Of a stretch of 64,000 bases of DNA, positions 9,769 through 18,646 are shown piece by piece. Location: NCBI RefSeq assembly GCF_035546795.1, contig NZ_DASZWC010000065.1:15978-79977 (forward strand), in the 5' to 3' direction. Position 1 is the first letter of the stretch. Each line of letters starts with the position of its first letter. The notes beneath the pieces are model-generated. The model ran no database searches. It was given only the letters and a program-made list of their open reading frames with translations, and was not told the origin of the DNA. The stretch is from Amycolatopsis sp. Its GTDB lineage: Bacteria > Actinomycetota > Actinomycetes > Mycobacteriales > Pseudonocardiaceae. A program made the translations under genes and the position numbers.

Positions 9769-10052
9769 GGCGTCCCCGGCAGCTGTGGCAAGGACGGGAA
9801 GTCGGTCGGCAGGTCGCTCGGCAGACCCGTGGGGAAATCCGTTGGCAGCGAAGGATAACCCGACGGCAGGCTCGGCAGCCGGGGGAGCGACGGCAGCTGT
9901 GGCAGCGCCGGTACCTCGATCGCCGGGCCGATGCCGAGCCCCACCACAAACCCGGCGATCGCGACCAGTAGCCCGATCACCCCGCAGACGACGAGCGCCC
10001 GGAAATGCGGCCGCGCTTCATAACCACGTGGTGCGGGCGAGCTCCGCGTCAT
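9765..10052 (-). CDS. Small single-TM protein with Pro/Leu-rich repeat tail
   Basis: GGAGG SD; one hydrophobic helix, then LPxLPS/PTDFP repeats; GTGA overlap with the PrsW gene. Confidence 0.7.
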   Translation of the reverse strand: MTRSSPAPRGYEARPHFRALVVCGVIGLLVAIAGFVVGLGIGPAIEVPALPQLPSLPRLPSLPSGYPSLPTDFPTGLPSDLPTDFPSLPQLPGTP

Positions 10053-10111
10053 CTGCCGCCTCCCCGGACGCCGGTCGGGGATGAGCGTGGCAGCGGCGGC
10101 TTACATTTCGC

Positions 10112-10786
10112 CTACCTCGACAGCAGGCTGGTGCCCGGCGCCAGCCGTTGCACCGCGTCCTCCATATGCGCTTCCAGCAGCGACAGCGCCGCATCCCGGT
10201 CACCGGCGCGGATCGCCTCGGTGATCTGCTTGTGCTCGGTGACCCGTTCCTCGTCGCTGGCGTAGGTCAGCCGCAGCGCGGAAAGGCACATGCGGGTCTC
10301 GATGAGCAGCGTCCGCGACATCCGCTCCAGCCGTTTGCTGCCGGACGCGGCCACGAGCACCTCGTGGAACCGGATGTCGGCCTCGGACACCGCGCTCCAG
10401 TCCTCACCGTGGGTGGCGGTGGCCATGTCGCCCACCGCCTCCTCCAGGCCGGCGACCGCCTCGTCCCGTGGCCCCTGCAGGATCCGGATCACCGCGGCAC
10501 CCTCGACGGCGAGGCGCGCCGCGTAGATGTCGCGGATGTCCTCGGCCTCCAGCTCGATCACGAACAGGCCGCGATGCCGTTCGCTGCGCAGCAACCCCTC
10601 GGAAACGAGCCGCTGCATCGCTTCGCGCAACGGGCCGCGGGACACCTGGAACTGGCCCGCCAGCTCGGTTTCGCCCAGCTGGCTGCCCGGTGGCAGCGAG
10701 CCGTTCATGATCGCCTCGCGCAGCTGGCGCGCGATGATCGCGGCCGTCGATTCGCGGTTGACCGGTTCGATCTCCGCTAATGGCAT
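10112..10786 (-). CDS. GntR family (FadR subfamily, FCD domain) transcriptional regulator
   Basis: LREAIMNGSLPPGSQLGETELAGQFQVSRGPLREAMQRL wHTH; DIRFH and EHKQI FCD motifs. Confidence 0.92.
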   Translation of the reverse strand: MPLAEIEPVNRESTAAIIARQLREAIMNGSLPPGSQLGETELAGQFQVSRGPLREAMQRLVSEGLLRSERHRGLFVIELEAEDIRDIYAARLAVEGAAVIRILQGPRDEAVAGLEEAVGDMATATHGEDWSAVSEADIRFHEVLVAASGSKRLERMSRTLLIETRMCLSALRLTYASDEERVTEHKQITEAIRAGDRDAALSLLEAHMEDAVQRLAPGTSLLSR

Positions 10787-11490
10787 CGGAACAACGCCCC
10801 CAGTTCTGCCTGCTCGGGGGTCTCACCCACGAGCCGCAACCCTTCCCAGATGGTCACCTGGTTCGCGGTGAGCACCGGCTTGCCGAGCCGCTCTTCGATC
10901 GTGCCGAGCACACCGAGAGTACGCATCGCGGTGTCCGGGATGAGCACTGCGTCGGCGTCCGGGTGGTCCTGGCTCACGGCCAGTCCCACCACGGTTTCGG
11001 GGCTGAGCCTGCCGACCTCGGCGGCGGTGTCGATGTCTTCGCTGGACATCGACACGATCTCGATCCCGCCGTGTCCGAGGAATTCCACGAACAGCTTCGC
11101 CACGTCGTCCGGGTAGCTGGCCGCGACCGCGACCCGCTTGAGCCCCAACGCTTTCGCGGCGTTGACGAAGGCGTACGAGGTGCTCGACGCCGGCTTGCCC
11201 GCGGCCTTGGCCAGCTTTTCCACCTGGTCCCGCGCGCCGTCCCAGCGGTAGACGAAGCTGCCGCTCGTACACGCCCACACCACCGCGTCCGGCTCATGCT
11301 TGGCCAGCAGCGACGCGCCTTCGGCCAGCCGGTGCTCGCTGCCGAGGTCGAGCAGCTCGGGCACCGCGTGCAGGTCGGTCCCGTAGATGTGCTCGACCGG
11401 CAGCGAGTACCGGCCACCCAGCAGCTGCTCGGCGAACGGGTAGTCGTCCTCGGCCGCGTGGTCGGGGTAGATGAAGCCGATCGTCGGCAT
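10777..11490 (-). CDS. Maleate cis-trans isomerase / Asp-Glu racemase family protein
   Basis: MPTIGFIYPDHAAEDDY; WACTSGSF and GKPVLTANQVT motifs. Confidence 0.85.
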   Translation of the reverse strand: MPTIGFIYPDHAAEDDYPFAEQLLGGRYSLPVEHIYGTDLHAVPELLDLGSEHRLAEGASLLAKHEPDAVVWACTSGSFVYRWDGARDQVEKLAKAAGKPASSTSYAFVNAAKALGLKRVAVAASYPDDVAKLFVEFLGHGGIEIVSMSSEDIDTAAEVGRLSPETVVGLAVSQDHPDADAVLIPDTAMRTLGVLGTIEERLGKPVLTANQVTIWEGLRLVGETPEQAELGALFRCH

Positions 11491-11519
11491 ACGCTGCACC
11501 TCCAGGGTTGTAGACAATC

Positions 11520-12260
11520 CTACGATACGTCCTTGAGCCATTTGCCCGGTCCGACGATGGGCAGTTCCATGCGCTTGAGACAGGCCCACATGGTCAGCTG
11601 GTTCGCGGTCAGCACGGGTTTGCCGAGGGCCACCTCCAGCGGCTCGATGAGGTCGTAAGTCGGCAGGTTGGTGCAGCTGACGAAGATCGCCTCCGCATCG
11701 GGGTGGTCGGCGCTGAAGATCCGCTCCGCGATGGTGCGGTAGCTGACCTTCCAGATCCCGCCGCCCAGCCCGAGGTGCTCGCTGGACATGGTGCGGACGT
11801 TCATCTCGGCCAGGAAGTCGTGCAGGCTCCCGGTGAGGTCGGCGTCGTACGGGGTGATCACCGAGACGCGGTGCACGTCGAGCTGGTGCAGCACCTCGGC
11901 CAGCGCGCCCGAGGTGGTGACCGCGTCCGGCGCCCCGGCGTCGCAGATCGCCTTGCGCAGGGAGCGTTCGTAGTCGATGCCGTTGACGAAGCTGCCCGAG
12001 GTGCACAGGTACGCGACCACCTCGGGCTCCACGTGCAGCACGTCGCGGGTGGCGGCCGCGAGGTGCTGGCTGTTGCTGACCAGCTGTGCCATCTCCATGC
12101 TCACCGGCACCGGCTCGTACGGGGTGCGCGCCAGGTGCAGGGACACTTCCATCGGTACCCAGCGCCAAAGCTCTCGCTCGAGCGCGAGATCGAAGGGCGC
12201 GATGACGCCGATCCCGCGCTGGGCAAGCGGGCCGTCGAAGGCAAGGGCATCTAAATCCAA
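11520..12260 (-). CDS. Maleate cis-trans isomerase / Asp-Glu racemase family protein (EutA-like); start uncertain (up to 12323)
   Basis: GIGVIAPFDLALERE, YLCTSGSF, FVSCTNL and GKPVLTANQ motifs. Confidence 0.85.
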   Translation of the reverse strand: MDLDALAFDGPLAQRGIGVIAPFDLALERELWRWVPMEVSLHLARTPYEPVPVSMEMAQLVSNSQHLAAATRDVLHVEPEVVAYLCTSGSFVNGIDYERSLRKAICDAGAPDAVTTSGALAEVLHQLDVHRVSVITPYDADLTGSLHDFLAEMNVRTMSSEHLGLGGGIWKVSYRTIAERIFSADHPDAEAIFVSCTNLPTYDLIEPLEVALGKPVLTANQLTMWACLKRMELPIVGPGKWLKDVS

Positions 12261-12312
12261 GGCTCGGGCTCCGTGGCGAGATGGAAGGGAAGCCTCCGGG
12301 GTGGCTCCTCGG

Positions 12313-12324
12313 ATTGTTGACAAT
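12313..12324. promoter_or_regulatory. GntR-type operator ATTGTTGACAAT at divergent promoter
   Basis: Same 12-mer as 3550-3561; lies upstream of a TACCGT -10-like hexamer (12340-12345) and a probably leaderless GTG at 12352. Confidence 0.65.
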
Positions 12325-12351
12325 CATACGACCGGCTCCTACCGTGTCAAC

Positions 12352-13329
12352 GTGATCGGCACGGAGAGCCCGGTGCTGGCTGTGCTCTGTGGAGATCGAC
12401 AGCCCCCGGATATGGACGACATCGAATCGGTGGCAACTGTTCGTTACACCAAGGAAAACGGACTGGCCGACGCCCTGCGCGGAGCGGATGCCCTGTTCGT
12501 CTACGACTTCCTGTCCACCGCGGTCCCGGGTGCCTGGCACGCGGCCGACCGGGTGCGCTGGGTGCACATCGCCAGCGCCGGGGTGGACCCGGTGATGTTC
12601 CCCGGGCTGCGGGACAGCGACGTGGTACTGACCAATTCGCGCGGGGTGTTCGACGACTCGATCGCCGAGTACGTGCTCGGCGTGATCATCGCCTTCGCCA
12701 AGGACCTGCCCCGCTCGATCGACCTGCAGCGACGGGTCCGCTGGCAGCACCGCGAAAGCGAGCGCATCGGCGGGAAGCGGGTGCTGGTCGTGGGCACCGG
12801 GCCGATCGGGCAGGCGATCGCGCGGATGCTGCGGGCCGCCGGGATGTCGGTGGCGGGCATGGGCCGCCGGGCCCGCGAGGACGACCCGCATTTCGGCAGC
12901 GTGCACGCCTCGGCCGAGCTGGTGCGTTGGCTGCCCGAGTTCGACTACGTGGTCGCCGTGGCGCCGCTGACCGAGCAGACCAAGAACATGTTCGACGCGG
13001 CGGCGTTCGCCGCGATGAAGCCGGGCGCCCGGTTCGTCAACGTCGGCCGTGGCGAGCTGGTGGTCACCGGCGATCTGGTGGCGGCGCTGCGGGACGGCAG
13101 GATCGCCGGCGCCGCGCTGGACGTCTTCGACACCGAGCCGCTGCCGCCGGACAGTCCACTGTGGACGCTGGAGAACGTGCTGATCTCGCCGCACATGTCC
13201 GGGGACTTCGTCGGCTGGCGCAACACGCTGGTCGAGGTGTTCGCGGAGAACTTCCGGCGCTGGCACACTGGCCGCCCACTTCGTAATGTCGTGGACAAAC
13301 AGCTGGGCTATGTGCCGTCGGGGCAGTAG
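12352..13329 (+). CDS. D-2-hydroxyacid dehydrogenase
   Basis: VVGTGPIG Rossmann motif; FVNVGRG, AALDVFDTEPLP, ISPHMSG. Confidence 0.9.
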   Translation: MIGTESPVLAVLCGDRQPPDMDDIESVATVRYTKENGLADALRGADALFVYDFLSTAVPGAWHAADRVRWVHIASAGVDPVMFPGLRDSDVVLTNSRGVFDDSIAEYVLGVIIAFAKDLPRSIDLQRRVRWQHRESERIGGKRVLVVGTGPIGQAIARMLRAAGMSVAGMGRRAREDDPHFGSVHASAELVRWLPEFDYVVAVAPLTEQTKNMFDAAAFAAMKPGARFVNVGRGELVVTGDLVAALRDGRIAGAALDVFDTEPLPPDSPLWTLENVLISPHMSGDFVGWRNTLVEVFAENFRRWHTGRPLRNVVDKQLGYVPSGQ

Positions 13330-13338
13330 AGGAGCAAC

Positions 13339-14736
13339 ATGAGCACCCTGTTGACGGCGAGCGAGCTCGTCGCCGCGTACTCCACCGGGGAGATTTCGCC
13401 GGTGGAGGCGACCGAGGCAGCACTGAGCGCGATCGAGCAGCGTGACGGCGAGTGCAACGCCTACTGCCTGGTCGATCCGGAGATCGCCCGCGAAGGCGCG
13501 AAGGCGTCGGAAGCCCGGTGGCGCGAAGGCAACCCCATCGGCTGGCTGGACGGGGTGCCGACCTCGATCAAGGACATGTTCCTGACCCAGGGCTGGCCGA
13601 CGCTGCGTGGGTCGAAGTGCGTCGACCCGGACCAGCCGTGGGACGTGGACAGCCCGGTCACCGCCCGGCTGCGGGAGAACGGGCTGGTGCTGCTGGGCAA
13701 GACGACCACGCCCGAGCTGGCTTGGAAGGGCGTCACCGACAGCCCGCTGACCGGTATCACGCGCAACCCGTGGAACACCTCGGTCACCGCCGGCGGTTCC
13801 AGCGGTGGCAGCGCGGCCGCGGTGGCGGCCGGTATGGGCGAGCTGTCGGTCGGTACCGACGGTGGTGGTTCGGTCCGGATCCCGGCGGCGTTCTGCGGCA
13901 TCGTCGGCCTCAAACCGACGCACGGCCGGATCCCGCTGTACCCGGCGAGCCCGTTCGGCCCGCTCGCGCACGCCGGGCCGATGGCGCGCTCGGTGGACGA
14001 CGTCGCGTTGATGATGGACGTGCTCGCACTGCCCGATCACCGTGACCCGGCGGCCCTTCCGCCGCTGATGAGCGCGTACCGCGAGGCCGTCCGTCGTGAC
14101 GTGCGCGGGCTGATCGCGGCGTTCTCGCCGACCCTCGGGTACGCGAAGGTGGATCCCGAAGTCGCCGAGATCGTGCGCTCCGCGGTGAACGCGCTGGACG
14201 ACGCCGGGCTGCGGATCGAGGAGAGCGACCCCGGGTTCACCGACCCGAAGGAAGCCTTCGACGTGCTGTGGTCGACCGGCGCGGCCCAGTGGCTCAACAC
14301 TTTCCCGGCCGGTTCCGCCGAGAAGATCGACCCCGGGCTGCGACGGGTTTGGGAGCAGGGCAAGACGTTCTCGGCGGCGGACTACCTGGCGGCCACGGCG
14401 GAGCGGGCCGCGCTCGGGATCCTGATGGGCGAGTTCCACACCCGGTTCGACGTGCTGATCACCCCGACGTTGGGGATCGCGCCGTTCGAAGCCGGGCACG
14501 AGGTGCCGCCCGGCAGTGGGTTGTCGGGCTGGCCGGACTGGACCCCGTTCACGTACCCGTTCAACATGACCCAGCAGCCGGCGATCAGCATCCCGGCGGG
14601 CCTGACTTCGGCGGGGCTGCCGGTCGGGCTGCAGATCGTCGGGCCGCGGCACTCCGATGACCTGGTGCTGGCCGTCGCGAAGCTGTTCGAGGAAGTCCGG
14701 CCCTGGCCGGTGAGCCGGCTGGCTTCGGGGGTTTAG
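13339..14736 (+). CDS. Amidase signature family enzyme
   Basis: GVPTSIKD, GKTTTPE, GGSSGGSAAAVA, GTDGGGSVRIPA. Confidence 0.92.
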   Translation: MSTLLTASELVAAYSTGEISPVEATEAALSAIEQRDGECNAYCLVDPEIAREGAKASEARWREGNPIGWLDGVPTSIKDMFLTQGWPTLRGSKCVDPDQPWDVDSPVTARLRENGLVLLGKTTTPELAWKGVTDSPLTGITRNPWNTSVTAGGSSGGSAAAVAAGMGELSVGTDGGGSVRIPAAFCGIVGLKPTHGRIPLYPASPFGPLAHAGPMARSVDDVALMMDVLALPDHRDPAALPPLMSAYREAVRRDVRGLIAAFSPTLGYAKVDPEVAEIVRSAVNALDDAGLRIEESDPGFTDPKEAFDVLWSTGAAQWLNTFPAGSAEKIDPGLRRVWEQGKTFSAADYLAATAERAALGILMGEFHTRFDVLITPTLGIAPFEAGHEVPPGSGLSGWPDWTPFTYPFNMTQQPAISIPAGLTSAGLPVGLQIVGPRHSDDLVLAVAKLFEEVRPWPVSRLASGV

Positions 14737-14896
14737 CCGATTTGGTGCCGGCTCTGGCGCACGACAGTCGCGCGACCGCCGAACGCGAAGGCAAGTCACT
14801 CAAGGCGGTAGCGCACGACGAAAAGCTCGTCCTCGGGGTGGCCCGGCGCGAAATCGACACCCCGGAGATCGCGAGCGGTCTGCGGTCCTTCGCGCG

Positions 14897-16102
14897 TTAG
14901 GTCACCGGGGTCGGCACCTTGCGCCGTAGCGTCCGGATGTCCTTGCTGAGCAGGGCGCCCGCCGTGGCGAGTATGACCAGCGCGGCGGCGCCGAGCAGGG
15001 TGGCCTGGGTGCCGAACCGTTCGGCGAGCGGGCCGGCGATCGTCGCGCCGAGTGGGAGCGTGATCAGCGAGCCGAGGATGTCGTAGGAGTACACCCTGGC
15101 CAGCCGGTCGGTGGGGATGTTCTCCTGCAGCGACACATCCCACGCCACCACGAACAGCTCGATCGCGATCCCGTTCAGGAAACTGGCCACCAGCAAGGGA
15201 ACCAGCACGGGCGCGTGCGCGAGCAGCAGTAGTGGCACGGCATCCACGAAGGTGACGCCGACGCCGACCAGCAGTGGGCGCTTCAGGCGCAGCCGTGCGG
15301 CGAGCAGCCCGCCGCACAGGGAGCCGATGGTCTGCGTGCCCAGCACGAACCCCCAGGCGGGGCGGCCCATCCAGTTGTCGGCTACCAGCGGGCCCAGCAC
15401 GCTGAAACCGCCGGCGTTCACGGCGTTGATCACAGCGAACTGCACGACCACCGCCCACAACCATGTCCGGGAGGAGAACTCGCGCCAGCCCTCCGCGAGT
15501 TCGGCCAGCGGGCGGCTGCCCGCGGCCGGCCGGGCGGTGGCGCGGATTCCCCGGTAGCAAAGGGAAGCGAACAGGAACAGGGCGGCGTTGACCGCGATCG
15601 CGGAGCCGGTGCCGAGTAGACCGACCAGTATACCGCCGAGCGCGGCGCCGGTGAACCGCCCGATGTTCGCGCCGATCCGGATGGTCGCGTTCGCCTGGGT
15701 CAGGGCCTCCGGCGGCACGGTCTGCGGGGTCAGCGAGGATGCCGCGGGCAGGGAAACCGCGGCGACGGCGCCGTTCACCAGGCTCAGGCCGATGAGCAAC
15801 GGAATCGACGCGAATCCACAAAGGACACTGATCGCGATCATGCCCTGGCTGACCGCGGCCGCGATCTCGGTGCCCTGCAGGATGACCGAGCGCGGCAACC
15901 GGTCGGCGAGCATCCCGCCGAACAGCACCAGCAGCACGTTCGCCAGCGATCGTGCGCCCACGACGAGACCGAGGTCCACCGCTGACCCGGTGAGATCCAG
16001 GACAGCGAAGGCGAGCGCGACCGGCGCGATGGCATTGCCGAGTTCGGCGCACGTGCGGCCACCGAGCAGCCAACGGAAATCACTGCTGTGCAACAGTTTC
16101 AT
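14897..16102 (-). CDS. MFS transporter
   Basis: About 12 hydrophobic segments; motif A GGMLADRLPR. Confidence 0.9.
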   Translation of the reverse strand: MKLLHSSDFRWLLGGRTCAELGNAIAPVALAFAVLDLTGSAVDLGLVVGARSLANVLLVLFGGMLADRLPRSVILQGTEIAAAVSQGMIAISVLCGFASIPLLIGLSLVNGAVAAVSLPAASSLTPQTVPPEALTQANATIRIGANIGRFTGAALGGILVGLLGTGSAIAVNAALFLFASLCYRGIRATARPAAGSRPLAELAEGWREFSSRTWLWAVVVQFAVINAVNAGGFSVLGPLVADNWMGRPAWGFVLGTQTIGSLCGGLLAARLRLKRPLLVGVGVTFVDAVPLLLLAHAPVLVPLLVASFLNGIAIELFVVAWDVSLQENIPTDRLARVYSYDILGSLITLPLGATIAGPLAERFGTQATLLGAAALVILATAGALLSKDIRTLRRKVPTPVT

Positions 16103-16640
16103 CGGCCCGCGTCCTTGGCGACCGGGCCGCGGCCGCTGGTGCGGGTCATCGCGCGTGGGCGTTTGGTGGCCCGGCGGCGGTCGTTGGTGTGGGACAGCGT
16201 CGTCGGGCGCGGTTGTTTGGTGGGGCTGTGGGGGTTGGTGTTGGGGAAGAGTGTTTTCGGGTGCGGGGTGTTGGCGGACGGGGCGGGGTCGTTGGTGTGG
16301 GGAGGCGTCGTCGGGTGTGGGCGTTTGGTGGGGCTGTGGGGGTTGGTGTTGGGGAAGAGTGTTTTCGGGTGCGGGGTGTTGGCGGACGGGGCGCGGTCGA
16401 TGGTGTGGGAAGGCGTCGTCGGGCGTGGGCGTTTGGTGGGGCTGTGGCCATTGGGGCTGGGGGAAAGCGTCTTCGCGCGTGGGCGTTTGGTGGCCCGGCG
16501 GCGGGCGCTGGTGTGGGACAGCGTCATCGGGCGCATCCCCTGGGCGGACCTGCGGCGATCGTTGCCGTGTAGACGTTTCCTCGGGCGCGGGGCCTTGACG
16601 ACCCGGCCGCGGTCGGTGCTGCGGAAAAGCGTCATCGGCC
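16099..16640. repeat. Degenerate 54-bp tandem repeat (nine full units plus a partial one), read on the - strand as a 178-aa Thr/Pro/His/Arg-rich ORF
   Basis: Units start at 16146, 16200, 16254, 16308, 16362, 16416, 16470, 16524 and 16578; the 108-bp dimer 16200-16307 nearly equals 16308-16415; TCATCGGCC at both ends. Confidence 0.85.
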
Positions 16641-17189
16641 TGGGTCCAAGGTGAACAGCGCTACTGTCGCGCTGACGCGAAGCGCGCCGTCGGTGCGGGG
16701 CGGGCCTGCGGCCTCATGCAGCAGCCGGCCCAGTTCGTGTGCCTTCTCGATAGCTTGCCGCCAGGTCGCCTCGTCCACCCACAGCTCGGCATCGGTCAGC
16801 GAAGCGGGCGTGTCTGCCAGCCGCAGTTCGGTGCGGCGCTGCAACTCGTCGGCCATGACGGCCGCCAGGAGCCGCTCCTCCTCCGGCCGGTCATGCGTGA
16901 ATCGTGGTCCGCTTTCCGGGGCGTGCCGGTAGCGTTTCGCTTGCCCACCACGGATTCGCACCTCTTCGGCCACGTCGAGCAGCCCGGCCTCGTGTAGCCG
17001 CCGGATGTGGTAGCTCACGTTCGCCTGCGTCTCGCCGAGCTCCCGTGCCGCCTCCGCCGCGCTCATCGCGGCACCCGTCAGCAGCGACAGGATCCGCATC
17101 CGCAACGGGTGCGCGAGCACGCGAAGGCTGTTCAGGCCGGGCTTTTCGGACACGACCCCAGTGTGCGGGCCGCGCTCGTCGACTGTCAA
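16632..17189 (-). CDS. ArsR/SmtB-type winged-helix transcriptional regulator
   Basis: LRVLAHPLRMRILSLL...SAAEAARELGETQANVSYHIRRLHEAGLL. Confidence 0.88.
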   Translation of the reverse strand: MTVDERGPHTGVVSEKPGLNSLRVLAHPLRMRILSLLTGAAMSAAEAARELGETQANVSYHIRRLHEAGLLDVAEEVRIRGGQAKRYRHAPESGPRFTHDRPEEERLLAAVMADELQRRTELRLADTPASLTDAELWVDEATWRQAIEKAHELGRLLHEAAGPPRTDGALRVSATVALFTLDPGR

Positions 17190-17213
17190 ACAGTTATTTG
17201 AGGGTTCCTTCCG

Positions 17214-18578
17214 TCAGTGATGCGCGACGTGCTCCAGTTCGGCGAGCGCCGTGTCCAGGTGCAGCAGCAGGCGTTGCAGGTGCGGCACGCTGGTGCGGCA
17301 GCCGGTGATCCCGAAGTCGAGATTGTCCCCGCTGTTGGTCAGCGTGATGTTCAGCGCCTGTCCGTCCAACAGCACGGAGGCCGGGTAGATACCGTCGAGT
17401 TTCGCGCCGTTCCAGTACATCTGCTTGCGGGGGCCGGGCACGTTGGAGATCACGAGGTTGAACGGCGGGCGGGTGTTGGTGACCACGCCTGGCACCGTGG
17501 AAACGCCCAGCTGCGCCACGTTGATCCCGGACAGCAGCAGCGCCTGCAACGGCGTGAGCTCCTTGAAGATCCGCTTCGCGTCGCGCATCGAATGGTGGAT
17601 CGTGCTCAGGCGGGCGGCAGCGTCACCGCGGTCGGTGGCGAGATTGCACAGCACGGCGCCGATCTGGTTGCCCGTCGACTCCGCCTCGGTCTGCTTGCGC
17701 ATCGACACCGGCACCATCGCGATCAGCGGCGCGTCGGGCAACGCCTTCTGCTCGATCAGGTAGTCGCGCAACGCGCCCGCGCACATCGCCAGCACCACGT
17801 CGTTGCGGGAAGTGCCGGTGGCCGTCGCGACGTCGCGTACGCGCGCGAGGGGCCACGACTGCGCGGCGAACCGGCGGGCGCCGCCGATGGGGACGTTGAG
17901 CATCGTCTTGGGGGCCTGCATCGGCAGGGTCAGGGTGTGTTCGCGGAACGCCTCGTTCGCCACCTTGAACGCGGCCGGGGCCACGCCTGCCAGCTGTGTC
18001 AAGGAGTTCTCCGCCGTGCGAAGCAGTGATCGCGCGTTGCGCGCCTGCTTTTCCCGCGGCGGGCGGCGGGAGCCCCACGGCGGCGGGCAGTTCCGGTCGT
18101 CCGGGTCGTCGCTGAGGGTGCCCTGCAGATGCCGCAGGGCGGAGACCCCGTCGAGCAGCGCGTGGTGGATCTTGCTGTACATCGCGAACCGGCCGTCCCG
18201 CAAGCCTTCCACGAGGTGGATCTCCCACAGTGGGCGGTGCCTGTCGAGCAGGGTGCTGTGCCAGCGCGAGGTCAGCTCCAGCAGCTCGCGGACCCGGCCC
18301 GGCCGCGGCAGCGCGGAATGCCGGAAGTGGTAGTGCAGGTCGACGTCGGTGTCATTGGCCCAGGCCAGATAGCCGGCGGTGTTCACCGGCCGCGCGGGAC
18401 GTCGCCGGAAGATCGGCGGGATCTCCTCGTTCTTGAGCAGATCGTCCCGGATTCCGCGCAGATAGTCGGATTCGGCGCCGTCCGGGGTCTGGAACAACTG
18501 CAGGCCGCCGACGTGCATCGGATGCTCGCGGCTTTCCACCAGCAGGAACATCGAGTCGGTGAAGGGCATCAGCGCCAT
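17214..18578 (-). CDS. Wax ester synthase / diacylglycerol acyltransferase (WS/DGAT)
   Basis: PMHVG, LDRHRPLWE, catalytic HHALLDG (HHxxxDG), NLVISNVPGP. Confidence 0.93.
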   Translation of the reverse strand: MALMPFTDSMFLLVESREHPMHVGGLQLFQTPDGAESDYLRGIRDDLLKNEEIPPIFRRRPARPVNTAGYLAWANDTDVDLHYHFRHSALPRPGRVRELLELTSRWHSTLLDRHRPLWEIHLVEGLRDGRFAMYSKIHHALLDGVSALRHLQGTLSDDPDDRNCPPPWGSRRPPREKQARNARSLLRTAENSLTQLAGVAPAAFKVANEAFREHTLTLPMQAPKTMLNVPIGGARRFAAQSWPLARVRDVATATGTSRNDVVLAMCAGALRDYLIEQKALPDAPLIAMVPVSMRKQTEAESTGNQIGAVLCNLATDRGDAAARLSTIHHSMRDAKRIFKELTPLQALLLSGINVAQLGVSTVPGVVTNTRPPFNLVISNVPGPRKQMYWNGAKLDGIYPASVLLDGQALNITLTNSGDNLDFGITGCRTSVPHLQRLLLHLDTALAELEHVAHH

Positions 18579-18646
18579 CGGTGGCCACCTCTCGTGCCGG
18601 AGTTTCGGAGGATGCTAGGTGGAACACCCGGATCTACTGTGGTGGC

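Noticed and set aside
10777-14799. 1340-aa ORF on the - strand
   Set aside because: Only the last 237 aa (from 11490) are a real isomerase. The rest is mostly antisense shadow of the dehydrogenase and amidase genes, typical of high-GC DNA.
16146-16631. CRISPR or IS element
   Set aside because: Contiguous degenerate units without unique spacers; no transposase or terminal inverted repeats.
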